Source: Podarcis erhardii (Eukaryota). Taken from it: 64,000 nt of DNA. The position numbers and the translations under genes were made by a program. The notes below the pieces were generated by a model. That model was not told where the DNA came from, made no database searches, and saw only the letters and a list, made by a program, of their open reading frames with translations. Below are positions 51,332-63,819 of the stretch, in pieces (the stretch's first letter is position 1; each line of letters starts with the position of its first letter). Where the stretch lies: the NCBI GenBank assembly GCA_964252035.1, contig OZ176203.1. One strand, given 5' to 3'.

Positions 51332-52057
51332 CAGCGGCGTAGCGTGGGTTGTCAGCACCCGGGGCAAGGCAAGTAATTTGCGCCCCCTAACCCGGGGCAA
51401 GGCAAGTAATTTGCGCCCCCTAACCCGGGGCAAGGCAAGTAATTTGCGCCCCCTAACCCGTGGATTTGCGCCCCCTAACCCTACAAATCTATGCCTATGA
51501 ATGATGGCCCCCCTCTCTCTCTCTTTCTCATATTCCAATTGATTCCCATTTCGGCCGATCGATCCCCCAAGCTCTCACCCAGCGAAATTCGTGCGTAATT
51601 ACGCTTCGCCATCCCTAATCCTGCCGCTTCCACCGGGAAATCATGACGGTGCATTTCTCCTCTCCAAACTTTCCCAGGCCCTTTGCTGGCCGGCGCAGCC
51701 CTTTTGGCTACGAGCTCCCCTCCTTCTCTGCCCGCTTCCGACCCCACCTCCCCGTCCAGCCTCCCTACCTCCTGAAAAAAGGCGCCGGCGCCGAGCAGGA
51801 CACCCCCGCGGCCATCGGAGAGAGGCGGGGCCGAGGGAAGCAAGCCAATGGGCGAGGCGGGGGTAGGTGGCCACGGGGGCGGGCGCTGCCGCAGTCCTCG
51901 GGTGGGCAAGGTAGGAGCAGGCGGAGGCTGGCCGGCCACTCTGACAATAGGGGCGGGCCGAGGGCACGACGGGGCTGGGCCCTCTGGACTCGCGCCCCCC
52001 CCAGATGTTGCGCCCAGTGCGGCTGGCACCCCCGGCACCCCCCACGCTACGCCACTG
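51332..52057. mobile_element. 726-bp CpG-rich non-autonomous hAT element
   Basis: TIRs CAGCGGCGTAGCG and CGCTACGCCACTG. Exact TSD TGGAGAAG at 51324-51331 and 52058-52065. Confidence 0.95.
51358..51456. repeat. Perfect 3 x 33-bp tandem repeat inside the hAT element
   Basis: Unit CCCGGGGCAAGGCAAGTAATTTGCGCCCCCTAA; the 150-bp relative has one copy. Confidence 0.95.
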
Positions 52058-53273
52058 TGGAGAAGGGCCCTGGCAGAATATATTAGAATATAAGCAAGTT
52101 GATTTGGGAATAGGCACTACTGCACGTGTTTGGGATGCAAACTGTTGATGAGAGCGATAAGTTTGTCATATGGCATAGGGAATTTGTTGTATAAAGAAAC
52201 AAAGCAGTTTAAAAAAACCATCCACCAGTTAACATAAGTCCTTTTACAAGTAACTCTTCCCAGATATTGTTTATCCATACAGTATTCCTTAATGGGTTTT
52301 CCTAGCACTGAAAAAGAGAGGGAAATGTAGCATTTTCTGCATCATTTTCCTTCCAACTGCAATGTAAGCAAAGTTACTGAGAAGTTCCATAAAAGTTATA
52401 TAAACCCATTTCTCTTGTGCACACATTTCCCTAAGGGGCAGATATTGAGCTCCCTGAAGGAGGCTGATGTGTTGAAATGTTTGAACACAAGAGACTACTT
52501 TTGAGAATTACGTTCTGTACATGGGCTGACAGCCGTGACTGCCGTGAACCTTGAAAGTGACAAAAGGGTGTGCGAGATAAGAGAATGTAGGCACGTCAAG
52601 TACATTTTGTGTAATGTGGAAGAAAAATAAGAAAGATTTAGGCTCTGGGTGGTTATGCTTTTCTGCCTTAAAAGGAAGATAATTTCTCTCTGCATTTTGT
52701 TTCCATGTCTTTACTTGTCAGTTTTGTCATATTTTGTGTTTCCCTAATCTTACTGAATCTCATCAGAATGAGGCATTAGAGAAGAAAGAGCTTTGTTTTT
52801 CAGCATCCTGTATTTTGTTATACAATAGATTGGGAAGGTCCTCATAAAGCTTAGACTTATCACTCTGATCATGTTTATCTGAACGTAGCTTCCACTGAAG
52901 TCAGTGCAAATTAGTTTTCAAAACAGGATGTCAACGTTGCAAAGGTTCTAAATTGCACAATAAAAGTATTTTGTCAACTCTTTATTGAAGAGACCTGCAA
53001 TGGCTTTTCAGCTATCTTAATTTTTTGATTGAAAGCAATGCTTCCTGAAGATACCAGAATATTTTCTCCAATTTTTTTTTAAAAAAGCAAAACCTTAAAA
53101 TAGGTAAATGCTTACACACATCATTCCTGGCCGTTCCCCCTATCAGCTTTAGGGGTTCTTTTGTCTTCCAGCGGTGATCCCAGCCAGTCAGGAATTATTT
53201 GGTGACATGCTGCAGAGCCCATTGCAGTTTGCTGTTGCTAATGTCGCTGAGGGCAAGCAAAGATTATTTAGAG

Positions 53274-53400
53274 CAGTGTTTCCCAGCTAGCTGTTTTTGG
53301 ACTACAACTCCAATCACCCCCCAGCTAGCAGGAACAGTGGTCCAGGGATGATGGGAATTGTAGTTCAAAACAGCTGGAGACACATGTTTGGGAAACACTG
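53274..53400. mobile_element. Short palindromic hAT MITE, opposite orientation to 48685
   Basis: TIRs CAGTGTTTCCCA and TGGGAAACACTG. Exact TSD ATTTAGAG at 53266-53273 and 53401-53408. Confidence 0.92.
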
Positions 53401-55278
53401 ATTTAGAGCAAGGTCAATGCTTCCTGGTCTAGTCACAAAGGTCAAGGGTCATGTAGTGATATTGTGATAGCATCACAGAGGGCAACTAAAACCTATTCAG
53501 AGCGATCTTGAAAAACTATGGGGGCAGGGGGCTTATGCCATACAGATGATGATCATCATCATCAGATGTAAAGAAACAGCAATATGGAGAAAAACAGAAT
53601 AAATACAAAAGTCTTTTTCTACTATAGTAGCCTCTGCCAACACAGTAGGACCGTCCTGGCTGGGCCTGATGGGAGTTTTACTCCCAAATGTCTGGTGAGC
53701 ATATGTTGGCGAAGGCTGAACTATAGCTTATATAGCCATAATGAACCCGCCATACTAAACCTGCCATATTTCAAGCAGTTGTGTTCTTGTTGTGTTCTCT
53801 TTGGCAAACGATTCATTCAACAGAAGTGACTTTGAGGTGAACGAATATCTCATCTCTATAAATCTTTGTCGTTTTGTCTGCAGAGTTCTGTCTTGGGTGC
53901 ACTTCCCCCTTTGCACATTCCTCTTTTCTTTTTAAACTCTCTCTGCGTTTTGTGGTGAGGTGGACGTAGGAAGCGTGACACTTCATCACACCAGTGAGAA
54001 AGCAGATGCCTTTGCTTGCTTTGCACCTGCACTGTAACCAGAATGCTGGGTGACAAAATTAGCTGTGGTGTTGTACTTCACACATGCATCTCTACGGTTG
54101 GTAGGGAAGAAGGAAAAAGACCAAGCAACCAATCTGTCAAGCTGCCCTCAGCAAGGCATCTGTCTGTTTTGTTCCCCTGCCCCCACTCCTCCCTCCCTCT
54201 CTTTTTGGTAGTTTGCTGTGTAAAGTGAATCTATCTCTTGGTTTTATTGATCATTATGAGCCATGGTTTACTGTTGTTTGTTGAGAGTGAATATTCCAGG
54301 CTTAACTGCCCCCCACCCAACTTTATATATTGGCTTTTTATAATAAATCTGATTTCCTCCTCCTTCTCCTCTTTCTCTGTGACCTTTAAAATAGCACAAG
54401 AGAGTTTTTTTGGGAAGCAGTAAAGGACTCTTGCAGGGGTGTCAAAACCATAATTCACCTCCATGTCCCCTTGCGCTCTCCCTGACTCCAAAGGTCAACC
54501 AGAGGAACTTTGCAAGAAAAGCACAAAATTACTGTGTTGTTGGCTCTGCTTGTTCATAATAATATAAAAGCAGTTAACAGAGGGAAGAATGTGTTTTTAT
54601 TGTACTGTCTTGCTGTTTTATTGGGCTGCTTTGGAGGGATGGAAAACTAGTAAATAAAAACAAGTTGATTGAAATGAAGTTTTCTAAAAAGGATCTTGTA
54701 ATCAGAGATTAAGGCCACTGGAAAGAGATAGTTATTGTAAAAAAAAAAAAGTTCTTTAAATATTAAGAGATGTTAGTGAAACACTCTTCTTTTTAACATT
54801 AGAGTATGCTAGCAAAGTGCCCATCATAACTATCAGTGGCAGATTTGGACAAGCATCTTGTCTTTTTCAAGGATTCCCGAGGGGAGTAGCAATGAGTACA
54901 TAATGGGCTGGTTTGCACATGGTGCTAAACCATGGTTTAATGCTATGTGAATGAGCAGGATGGAGGCTGTAGCACCAAACCGAACCATGGCTTGGTGCAA
55001 ACGTGAGGTCTCTTGGGGAGGAGCCTATAGCCACTTTGCTCCTCTTCGGTCCTTTTAGCTCAACACAGCAACTAAGTCAAGGTTTGGCTGAGCCTGTCAA
55101 CCACACCCGGACTGATGGTTAAACTCTCCTCTGATGCATCACCAGCTGTACGCAAATCTTGGCTTAATTGCTGGACTGGACTAAAATGACCAGGAAAGAA
55201 GAAACACACCGACACACATTTTTGAAGGAACATGAAATATGGAGGCGTCTAATTCTGTATTTTGTTTGTTTCACTCAG

Positions 55279-55403
55279 ATGGAAGAGGAATGTGTCGCCT
55301 TTCTGGATCGCAGTGAAAGTGATGATGACTTTGATCCAAGCATCCTTCCAGACCCTGACAGATATACAGACTCGGACCAAGAGGCTGATCCAGAAAGCCA
55401 TGG
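55279..55403 (+). CDS. DDX10: DDX10 penultimate coding exon (125 nt, ends phase 2): MEEECVAFLDRSESDDDFDPSILPDPDRYTDSDQEADPESH(G)
   Basis: Acceptor tttgtttgtttcactcAG and donor GTATGT at 55404. AFLD..DDDFDPS.LPDPD.Y matches human AFLDWSDDD...FDPSTLPDPDKY. Confidence 0.95.
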
Positions 55404-57944
55404 GTATGTGTTGCATCTTGATAATACGGTTTCTCTCTCTCCCTCCCTTTGTCTTCACCTTCCATATTATCAAAACCTTTAACCAATCAAAAACTACCCG
55501 TGGCAAATAACTATTCTGCCACAGTCAAATAAACCAATGATCTGAAGTTCCTTCAGGTTTGCTGATGTTTGGATGTTCAGCTGCTTTCATTCATGTATCT
55601 TCATGAGAATATGAAAACGGCAGAGAGCAATTTTGTGGTGCTGGACCCTTGAGGAGGTTGTGGAACCTAAATTGTGCACCTTGCTTGACTAATCAGCCTC
55701 AATATTGGTTCATTTGGTTTATACACTGCTATGGGAATTTACCATGTATTTGGGGATCAGGTTTGGAAAATCCCAATTGGCACCTTATGCTAACTGTTAT
55801 TTATTTGCTTATGTCCCACTCTTTTCTTAGAACAGCTTATAAAAATTGTTTCGTGCCAAGTAGCCTAGCTTGAAAAATAAGCTGAGCAGCATAGCTTGTC
55901 TGTCCATTGTTCCACAAAAGCATGTTTTCCTGTCCATCTTGTGTGTCCCTAATGAACAGAAATTTTGCTCAACCAGGTCCATTGTCATTTCCATCCTTAA
56001 ACCATGCAATGTATCAGTTGGCCTCTACGTTCTTTCCTACCAAGTTCCTAGCTGTTTAGTAAGCAAGTCAGATTTGAAATCCCTGCAGCACAGCAGCGCT
56101 TTCATGGTCTTGGTAAGGATTTGCTTGTTTATTTATTTATATTTATTTATGACATTTCTATACAGTGCTGCCCATTCAACGAAGTCCTCTGGATGGTGAA
56201 AAAGCCAATACACTTTTCAGCTTAGTTTAGTCATATTGCGTACCACATCACTGACTGCTGGTTTGGGCTCTCCCCCACCCCCTGCCAAATCCTTCAGAAA
56301 AAGCTTACAGTGTCATTTTTGCCCTTATTTTTTGTTCATTACCATACCATGAAGATCGAGAAAGACCTGCAGGCCAGTGGCGTGCTGTCATTTCTGAGGC
56401 TGTCTGCTTTCTTTAGCTGTGGGAATAAGGGAGTACAAGTGGACCTTGCACGGTTCAGGAATTTGCTGCTACTAGGAGCCCAGTGGAGTCTGTTGGCAGG
56501 CTTCATGGCACAGCATAAAAGCCTTTGGCTGGCTGGGCTATTGATTAACTGTAGAATAAGGGGAAGGAAGTCCACCTCAAGTGCTTCTTCTCTTCTGTGC
56601 TTCTGTATGAAATATAATTGGGTCACACATTTTCTTTTGTGAGCCAGGACACACCACGTTGCACCGAATCATTTGTGTGGAAGCTTGATTGGAAATAGTC
56701 AAGATATCCAGTTTGTTGTCATTTTTGCAAAGCTTGAGTACCTACTCTTGGAAAGGGTTTGCCTCCTGGTTAGGAGAATGCACATATGTAGTAAAAAAGG
56801 GGAGATTACAATGTATTCACTGCTTGTCCATCTTCGCAATTGAACTAAGATATAAGATACAAGCGCACCAGCAGTCTTGATGCATCTAGCCTCCCCCTCC
56901 CCCCATGGTACTACTGCCGCCATGGTTTCCTCCCTCCTGCCCTGGTCAAAGAAAAGTAATATAATTTCCTGCATACAAATGCCTGAATCCAAGCCAAACC
57001 TAATTGGATCTGTTTTTGCCCAGCTTCCTCCTATTCTGAGAGTCCTCCATGCGGCCCTCTGCCCTTCCAAGCAGCAGCTGGGCAGTTTCTACGGACCATT
57101 ATTAGTAAAAATAGCTTCTGCTTGATAGTAAATAAGCAATAAGTAATCTCCTATATAAAAGAAGTATGCATAGCAATATCTGCACAGGTGGGAAGGTCAT
57201 CCCCAAGGGCTAGCATCCCAGGGCTCCATGAACATTTCGCATGGATCCCAATGGCTCCTGGTGTTCATGGATGCTGCTGCACATGGTCACAACAATATCT
57301 ATGCCAGCAGTAGCCAACGTGACACCTTTCAATAGTTGTTGGACTTCCATTCACCCCAGACTGGGATGGTGGGAGGCTGGTTGGTTAGTGGTGACTCTCA
57401 GTCTGTCTAGATCTGACCTGATTGGTTAGGAGCTGGTGGCCTCCTACATCTGAACCCTACTTCTGTTTTCAGACTCTGTGCCACTGCTGCTTCTTGTAAA
57501 TACGTCTAAATGTTCATAAATAATCTGCCTTAAATGGGTAAAGCTTTCTAGAGCCAAACATTATTGAAAGAGAGCCAGCTCTCTAAAAACCAGGAGGAGG
57601 CAGCGGAGCTGACTTCCCCCACAGAGGGAGGTTAATCTCGGCGTCATTGACATGATGTCCCTGCATTGGGTCACTGCCCATCGTACTTTGGACAGGAAAG
57701 GATCCTCTGAGAGAATGCAGTCTTTACGGTATCCCATACCCAGACTGTTTGTTTTTCCAATACTTTAATAACAGCGATATACATGTTGGTTTTGCAATTC
57801 TAGGACTTAAATGTGTTAGAGATTGTTTCTTTGTAAAGGAAGAATGTACCCTCATTTAAAAAAAAAAAAAAATACAACCAGGCTTACAGAGCAATCTTAA
57901 GTATAGGAAGCCAGTGGAATTTACACTGGCTTATGTTAAATCAG

Positions 57945-58278
57945 GGACGCGGGTGGCGCTGTGGGTTAAACCACTGTGCCGCTTGGGCTTGCCGATCGAA
58001 AGGTTGGCGGTTTGAATCCCCGCGACGGGGTGAGCTCCCGTTGTTCGGTCCCAGCTCCTGCCAACCTAGCAGTTCGAAAGCACATGGGAAGGTAAACAGT
58101 GTTTCCGTGCGCTGCTCTGGTTTTGCCAGTAGCGGCTTAGTCATGCTGGCCACATGACCTGGAAAAACTGTCTGCAGAAGTGGACAAACGCCGGCTCCCT
58201 TGGCCAGTAAAGCGAGATGAGCACCGCAACCCCAGAGTCGTTCGTAACCGGACTTAATTGTCAGGGGTCCCTTTACCT
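57945..58278 (+). mobile_element. Sauria SINE, full-length head, small internal deletion
   Basis: Head GGGACGCGGGTGGCGCTGTGG (A box), B box GGTTTGAATCC. 14-bp TSD TTATGTTAAAT(C/T)AG at 57931-57944 and 58279-58292. Confidence 0.93.
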
Positions 58279-59252
58279 TTATGTTAAATTAGGATGACTT
58301 AAATTTCCCCTATTCCGTACTCTGCTCAGGAGCAAGGCTGCTACCAGAAGAGAGGAGGAAAACAACCCTTGAAAATAGAATTTGACTTATGCCATCCTTT
58401 TCCTTGACCCAAGTTTTGTCATGCTACCAGGTCATGAACAGAGTTTGGATCCAGCAGAAGTCCTCCCTGCCCTGCCCTGCCACTCCCCTGAAACACCCAG
58501 ATGCAGGGCTTATGCCAGTATAAGATCCACTGATCTTAACTGAGCCAGGTGTGGTGGGATGAGGGAATTACGCTGTCATATCCCTGGCTGAACATGGGGC
58601 TTATGTAAGCATAGTCCAGCTGCATCAGGAATCATCTGGTTGAGCCAGAAATCAACTGGATCCTAACTTGCTCACCCTTGGAGATCTTGGATTGCTCCCT
58701 TAGAAGCTTTATATCGAAGGAAATAGCAAAAGGTAAATGATCTGTCTCTGGTTGTGGAAAGCTTTCTGTTCTTTTCTTTAAATTGCTAATTTTTTCAGCC
58801 ATACTCATCTCCCCACCACCACCTCCTGCGAGGGAAGCTATACACAACCCACTCTCTTAAATTTGCCTTTAAATGAAAACGGCTTCGAGCTATCCCCTCC
58901 ACCAGATGAGTAATTAAAGAATCCAAGCATGTAATGCAAGATGAATTTTTGGTATATCTAGGAACATTTATCATATTTCTGTTTAAGGCTATCATAATGT
59001 TAAATAGTTAATGAGACAAAGCATTTTGTCGGGGGCCAGGTAGGGTATGGAAGCAGCAGGTGAGTGCCCTAAATATTCATTAGGCAGCCAGATTGAATTC
59101 TTAATAGATCCAGTTCCTCAGCCATTTTTGAAAAGAAATTTTGAATTAGAACAAAGTTGTGATTGGACTTTGCACCACCTCCAGTTAATCTCTTACGTAT
59201 AGGACTATTCATCTCAGCATTCACTTTTAAATGTGACTGCCATGGTCTAGGC

Positions 59253-59515
59253 CAGGGATAGGCAACCTAAGGCCCATGGGCCACAAGCGGCCTACGGGGG
59301 CTGTTTAACCGGCCCCCAAGCCACTTGCTTGGTGAGTCCCCGTGCACTGCACTAAACCAGCGCAGTGTGGCATGGGGACTCACTTTTATGGTGCTGGAAA
59401 TCACGTCTGCACAGACGCAGATGCCAGAAATTGCAGGCGTGTGTGCAATCCGGCCCACGGAGTGATCTGTGCTGGAGTGAACTGGCCCCGGCAAGGTAAA
59501 CCTTGCCGACCCCTG
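59253..59515. mobile_element. hAT (Charlie-like) MITE, same family as 22948
   Basis: TIRs CAGGGATAGGCAA and TTGCCGACCCCTG. Exact TSD GTCTAGGC at 59245-59252 and 59516-59523. Confidence 0.93.
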
Positions 59516-61975
59516 GTCTAGGCCTCAGATTGGTCAGTTCTTTTAGGGTGAATTCTCATCCCTGACTACCACTAACTATGTGGTTTTAATTGTGAGAAGT
59601 TAGAGGAGTTATAATATAAACCTGGATTATTATTTTTTTACAAGCTACAGTTTGAGAGCTGTTCTTCTATGGCACTCATATGCAGATTGCTCCATAATCC
59701 CTGTTCATTCTCAGAATGGACTGGCTGTTTCCCTACAGTGGAGGATTTCCTCCCCTAAATTGCTTCTTCCACTTGCTCCAGAAGGTAGGGCCTGAAAGCA
59801 GGGAGTGAAGGCTAGAGGAGGTAGGTGCTCCCTTCTCCTAGAATCTGGAAGCTCTGGGTGGCCTTCTCTGACAGGACACCTCAGGGAGCATCTGTAGAGT
59901 CCAGGGAGGGCATTGACCCAACTGCTGGGGGTGTAAGAAGCAAAGTCAGAAGGACAGAGTGCAGCCAAACCACCCAAGACTCTGCAGCTCTTCTGCCATT
60001 GGGAGTAGACCCAATTTCCTCAACGTAATGCATTTCTGAATGCTAAGCGTTCCTGTAAAGCACAGGAGATTCACAAAGGAAACTTGCTTCACCTTGCCTT
60101 TCAAAGCTTGGCAGGCAGGTAGGTGTGTCAACCTGTTGGGACTGCTCCATTGCTAGCAAACAGTTCTGAACTCTTTCCCCTAATATTGGACAGCTGCTCC
60201 TCATCTAGCTAGTCCGACCTTTCCTGTTGCTTAGTCTGAGCTTTGGCGCTGCTCTGACTCTCTACCCAATACTTTTAATCTGCCTCAATAAGGACCTCTT
60301 CCTTACTCTCATTGTGGTCTGAGTGGGAGGCAGAACACTGAGCGTCTTTGTTTTCTCCATTTATCCCATGTCTTGTCTGTTGCTTTGTTTATTTATGGTG
60401 AAGCTACGTTCAGTAGGCAAGGTGCAAGGGAGCAGAGGCTCAGGAGGCCAGTGTTAGAAAGTTGGTCTCAAACATGTCCTCCATCCTAACACCTTGAAGC
60501 AGGGTCCCTTCCAACTCTACAATTCTATGATTCTATGCTCTACCAACTGAGCCATCCCAGTATATCTGCCTTCCTCTAGCTGCACTGATTAAGAAGAAAG
60601 GTGAAGGCAAACCTGCTTCCAAGCCATGTCCAGTAGCATTTTCCAGCAAATGTGTGAATAAAGGCATATGAGGACTGCGGATTGAGCCCCATGCTCTACA
60701 CAGAATGCAGAAGCCTTGCAATGGAGTATATTATTTTTATTTATTAAATTTGGTCTCAGGGCGGTTCACATAGCACTTCACTTACCTCTAGTGCCTTTTG
60801 TGGTTGTGGCCCACGTTTTTTAAGTGTGCTTAGCCCAGAAGTATGCACTGCTCCAAAACAAGCAAAGGCCAGTTTTGCTGCCTAGATTGAGCATAGCCAA
60901 ATACATGAATGCCCTAAGGAACGGATAACGAGCTTTACCTGAGATACTAAGATGCTTTCTGATAGCCTTTCAGAGAGGATGTAAAGGCCTTCTTTCATTT
61001 ACTTACTTACTTACTTCCCATTTTGCAAATGTTACTAGTATTGGACTTTTGTTTTAATAGGGTCCCGTTGCAAGCCACTTTGAGCTTCAGAGAAGTGACA
61101 CAGATCTATCTGTTTAAATAAAGAAAGAAAATGCTCTGTGATGGTTCAGAAGAAGGCAGGGAGGAAGGAGGGAAGAAAAACAAGAGACGGAGCAGAGAAG
61201 ACAGGAGGGAGGAGTGTGGGTCCTAGGAATGGCTAGAGGTGGTTTGAGGGCTTTAAAGCATAGGCTGCTGAAGGACGTTTTAATCTTGTGTGCAGCGCGG
61301 TGGAGAGGGCACAAGCTGTGTAGCAGTGAATGATGGAGAACAAAGACAGTTTTGGCAGCTGCAGTTTCAGTGGACTGAAGATGAAGTTTAGAGCCTGAAG
61401 GAATTGGGAGATGAAGGTTTGGTGACCAAAGCAGGAGATGATTGGTTGCCGGCCTCATTATGAGCTAGTGGCACATTATGGTTTAGGTTTTAGTATGTTT
61501 GCTGCTTTTTTGTGGGCCATTATTTTTATTCAGCCCTCATTTTTAACATAGGCTAAATGTGCGCTTTGCTAGTTTTAAAGGTTTAAAACCAGGTATACCT
61601 TTAATTTCTAAAATATTGTAATGAGATCTGTTGCTGGAAGAGATTATCGAAGGGTGAGGAGCATAGTTATTTAGTAAGTCTTGGTGTAAGTAAGTTAACA
61701 TCTGGAAGTTCATGAAAGGTAAGTTTCCCATCTTCTCCTCTCCCACACCTCATTCCACATTATTTAGGAGGACCCCCAGAGAGCATACAGGTGGGTGAAG
61801 GGAAAGAGAACTTTTGCTTCTGTGAAGAGGGCATAAGAAGCACTTCCTTCTTCCATAATTTCTAGTAACATCTAAATTTGGGGGGTTCTGAGCTAACCAC
61901 AGTTCAAACTAACCAAGCAGGTCAGAATCAACCTGAGCTTTATGGACTTGACTTGTACATACCTGCCATGTTGTA

Positions 61976-62194
61976 CAGTGGTACCTCGGGTTACATACGC
62001 TTCAGGTTACAGACTCCGCTAACCCAGAAATATTACCTCAGGTTAAGAACTTTGCTTCAGGATGAGAACAGAAATCATGCTCCGGCGGCGCGGTGGCAGC
62101 AGGAGGCCCCATTAACTACAGTGGTGCTTCAGGTTAAGAACAGTTTCAGGTTAAGAACGGACCTCCGGAATGAATTAAGTCAGAGGTACCACTG
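61976..62194. mobile_element. Complete mariner/Tigger-type MITE (219 bp)
   Basis: TA-CAGTGGTACCTC ... GAGGTACCACTG-TA, with repeated internal TCAGGTTA motifs. Confidence 0.94.
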
Positions 62195-63819
62195 TATATG
62201 GCTATTCTTTGTCTAATTCTAGTTTAGAATTAAGTGAGGTTGCCCTCCATTAAGCGGTAGATGTTGAAGCCAGTTTCTCTGGCCTCAGAGTGCTAAGAGA
62301 GTATACTTGAGATGGCTGAGAAGCAAGTAGTTGAATTTGTTTCTGATCCATTCTTGCTTGGCTTTGAGGCTGAAAGACTTTATACATTATCCGTGATGAT
62401 TGTGTGATTGCTCCTGCACCCCTGCAATATCTGCTGAACCTGTGCAAATGAACAAATGATTGCAAATACACTTGATGTCTCCAATGCTTTCCTCCAAAGG
62501 AAACTAATCTCGTAAAGGCTGCCCTGAACTTGCCACCAAGCAGGAATGAGGGAAGGAGTGAGTAAAGCACAACTTTAGGAATCTCACTCTGACTTTTGCC
62601 TGGGACTAACAATGCAAGCTGGCAGTTGACACTGTGCAACTGAAAACAAGATTGCTGATGCTGAAATAACTAGGTTTGGTATTGCAGAGGAGCCCATTTG
62701 AGAGCAGCTAGAGTGAAAGCAGACATAAAACAGCCACAGCCTGGCACAATCTAGGTGCTCAAATGCCCATTGATTCTCAGTGGGCTTAATTTGTCAGATT
62801 GTGCCCATTAAATCCATTTTAACATGCCATTCCGATGCAATAAGCATTGCGAACTATTTTAAACAGTCACCGATAATAAGAGTGTAATAATGTGACATCA
62901 CCCATGCAACTTAATCATACTGGTAGACGAGTAGAATTTGTTGTTGGCCGTTTAATCCATTAAAGGAGAAACAACCTTCACTTTGCCCAGATTAATTTAA
63001 TTTAATTTCCATTTTAATTGTCTTTGGCTCATCCTGTGTTCTTGTTACTTGGTTTGCCCAAAACAGCCTCATTGAGTCTTCTCAATTCGGGGGCACTTGA
63101 ACCTATAATGAATCTCAGGCAAGATCAACCTTATTCCTTGCTTCCTTCATAAACCTCATTTTAGAACTTTTTCAGTGTGCATTAGGAAGAATGGCTGGGG
63201 AAAAAGGAGAATAACACAACGCACAATGTATTTTCATTACTACCGCGGTGTGCAGTCAACATTCTGACACTGAGTGAGGAAGAAGCAGCGCAGGGGCTCT
63301 GCAGAAGGGTCTGCATTAATTAATCTTCATTAGAATTCTCGCCGTGGCCTTGCAAATTAAAATGTATGTGTGTGGCTTGCCGCCCAGTGTCCTTGATTAG
63401 CAAAACGGCAGTTCTTAAGGGACCAGCTATCCCTAAACTCCCTGCTCTGCATGCTGCTGGCAGATCAGCTTCCTTAAGAATCTTATTTCTAGAGGAGTAG
63501 CCATGTTAGCCCTTTGCAGCGAGAAACAGCGGAGACTCTTGTGGCACCTAAGAAACTAACAAAAGTATTATAGCATTATCTTTTGTTGATTACAGCCCAT
63601 CTCATCAGATGCATGAAGCGTTATCCTGAGTTGCAGGTACCCATACATATAGCTGGGATGTAAAGAGTGAGGTCAGAGGGAAATGAAATGCACAAAAGGG
63701 AGCGGAGAATGCATTTCATTTCACTTTTTTGCAATCCACACACATACACCTCCCCCATGTGTATGCATACCTGCAGTTCAGGATATCATTTCATGCATTT
63801 TATTAGCTCCCATGTATAA

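Noticed and set aside
51358-51456. 33-bp direct repeats as a CRISPR-like array
   Set aside because: The units are head-to-tail with no spacers, and the context is eukaryotic.
51481-52117. Overlapping Pro/Gly/Arg-rich ORFs and the LLALPRVRGRK repeat peptide
   Set aside because: Translations of GC-rich MITE interior and the 33-bp tandem repeat.
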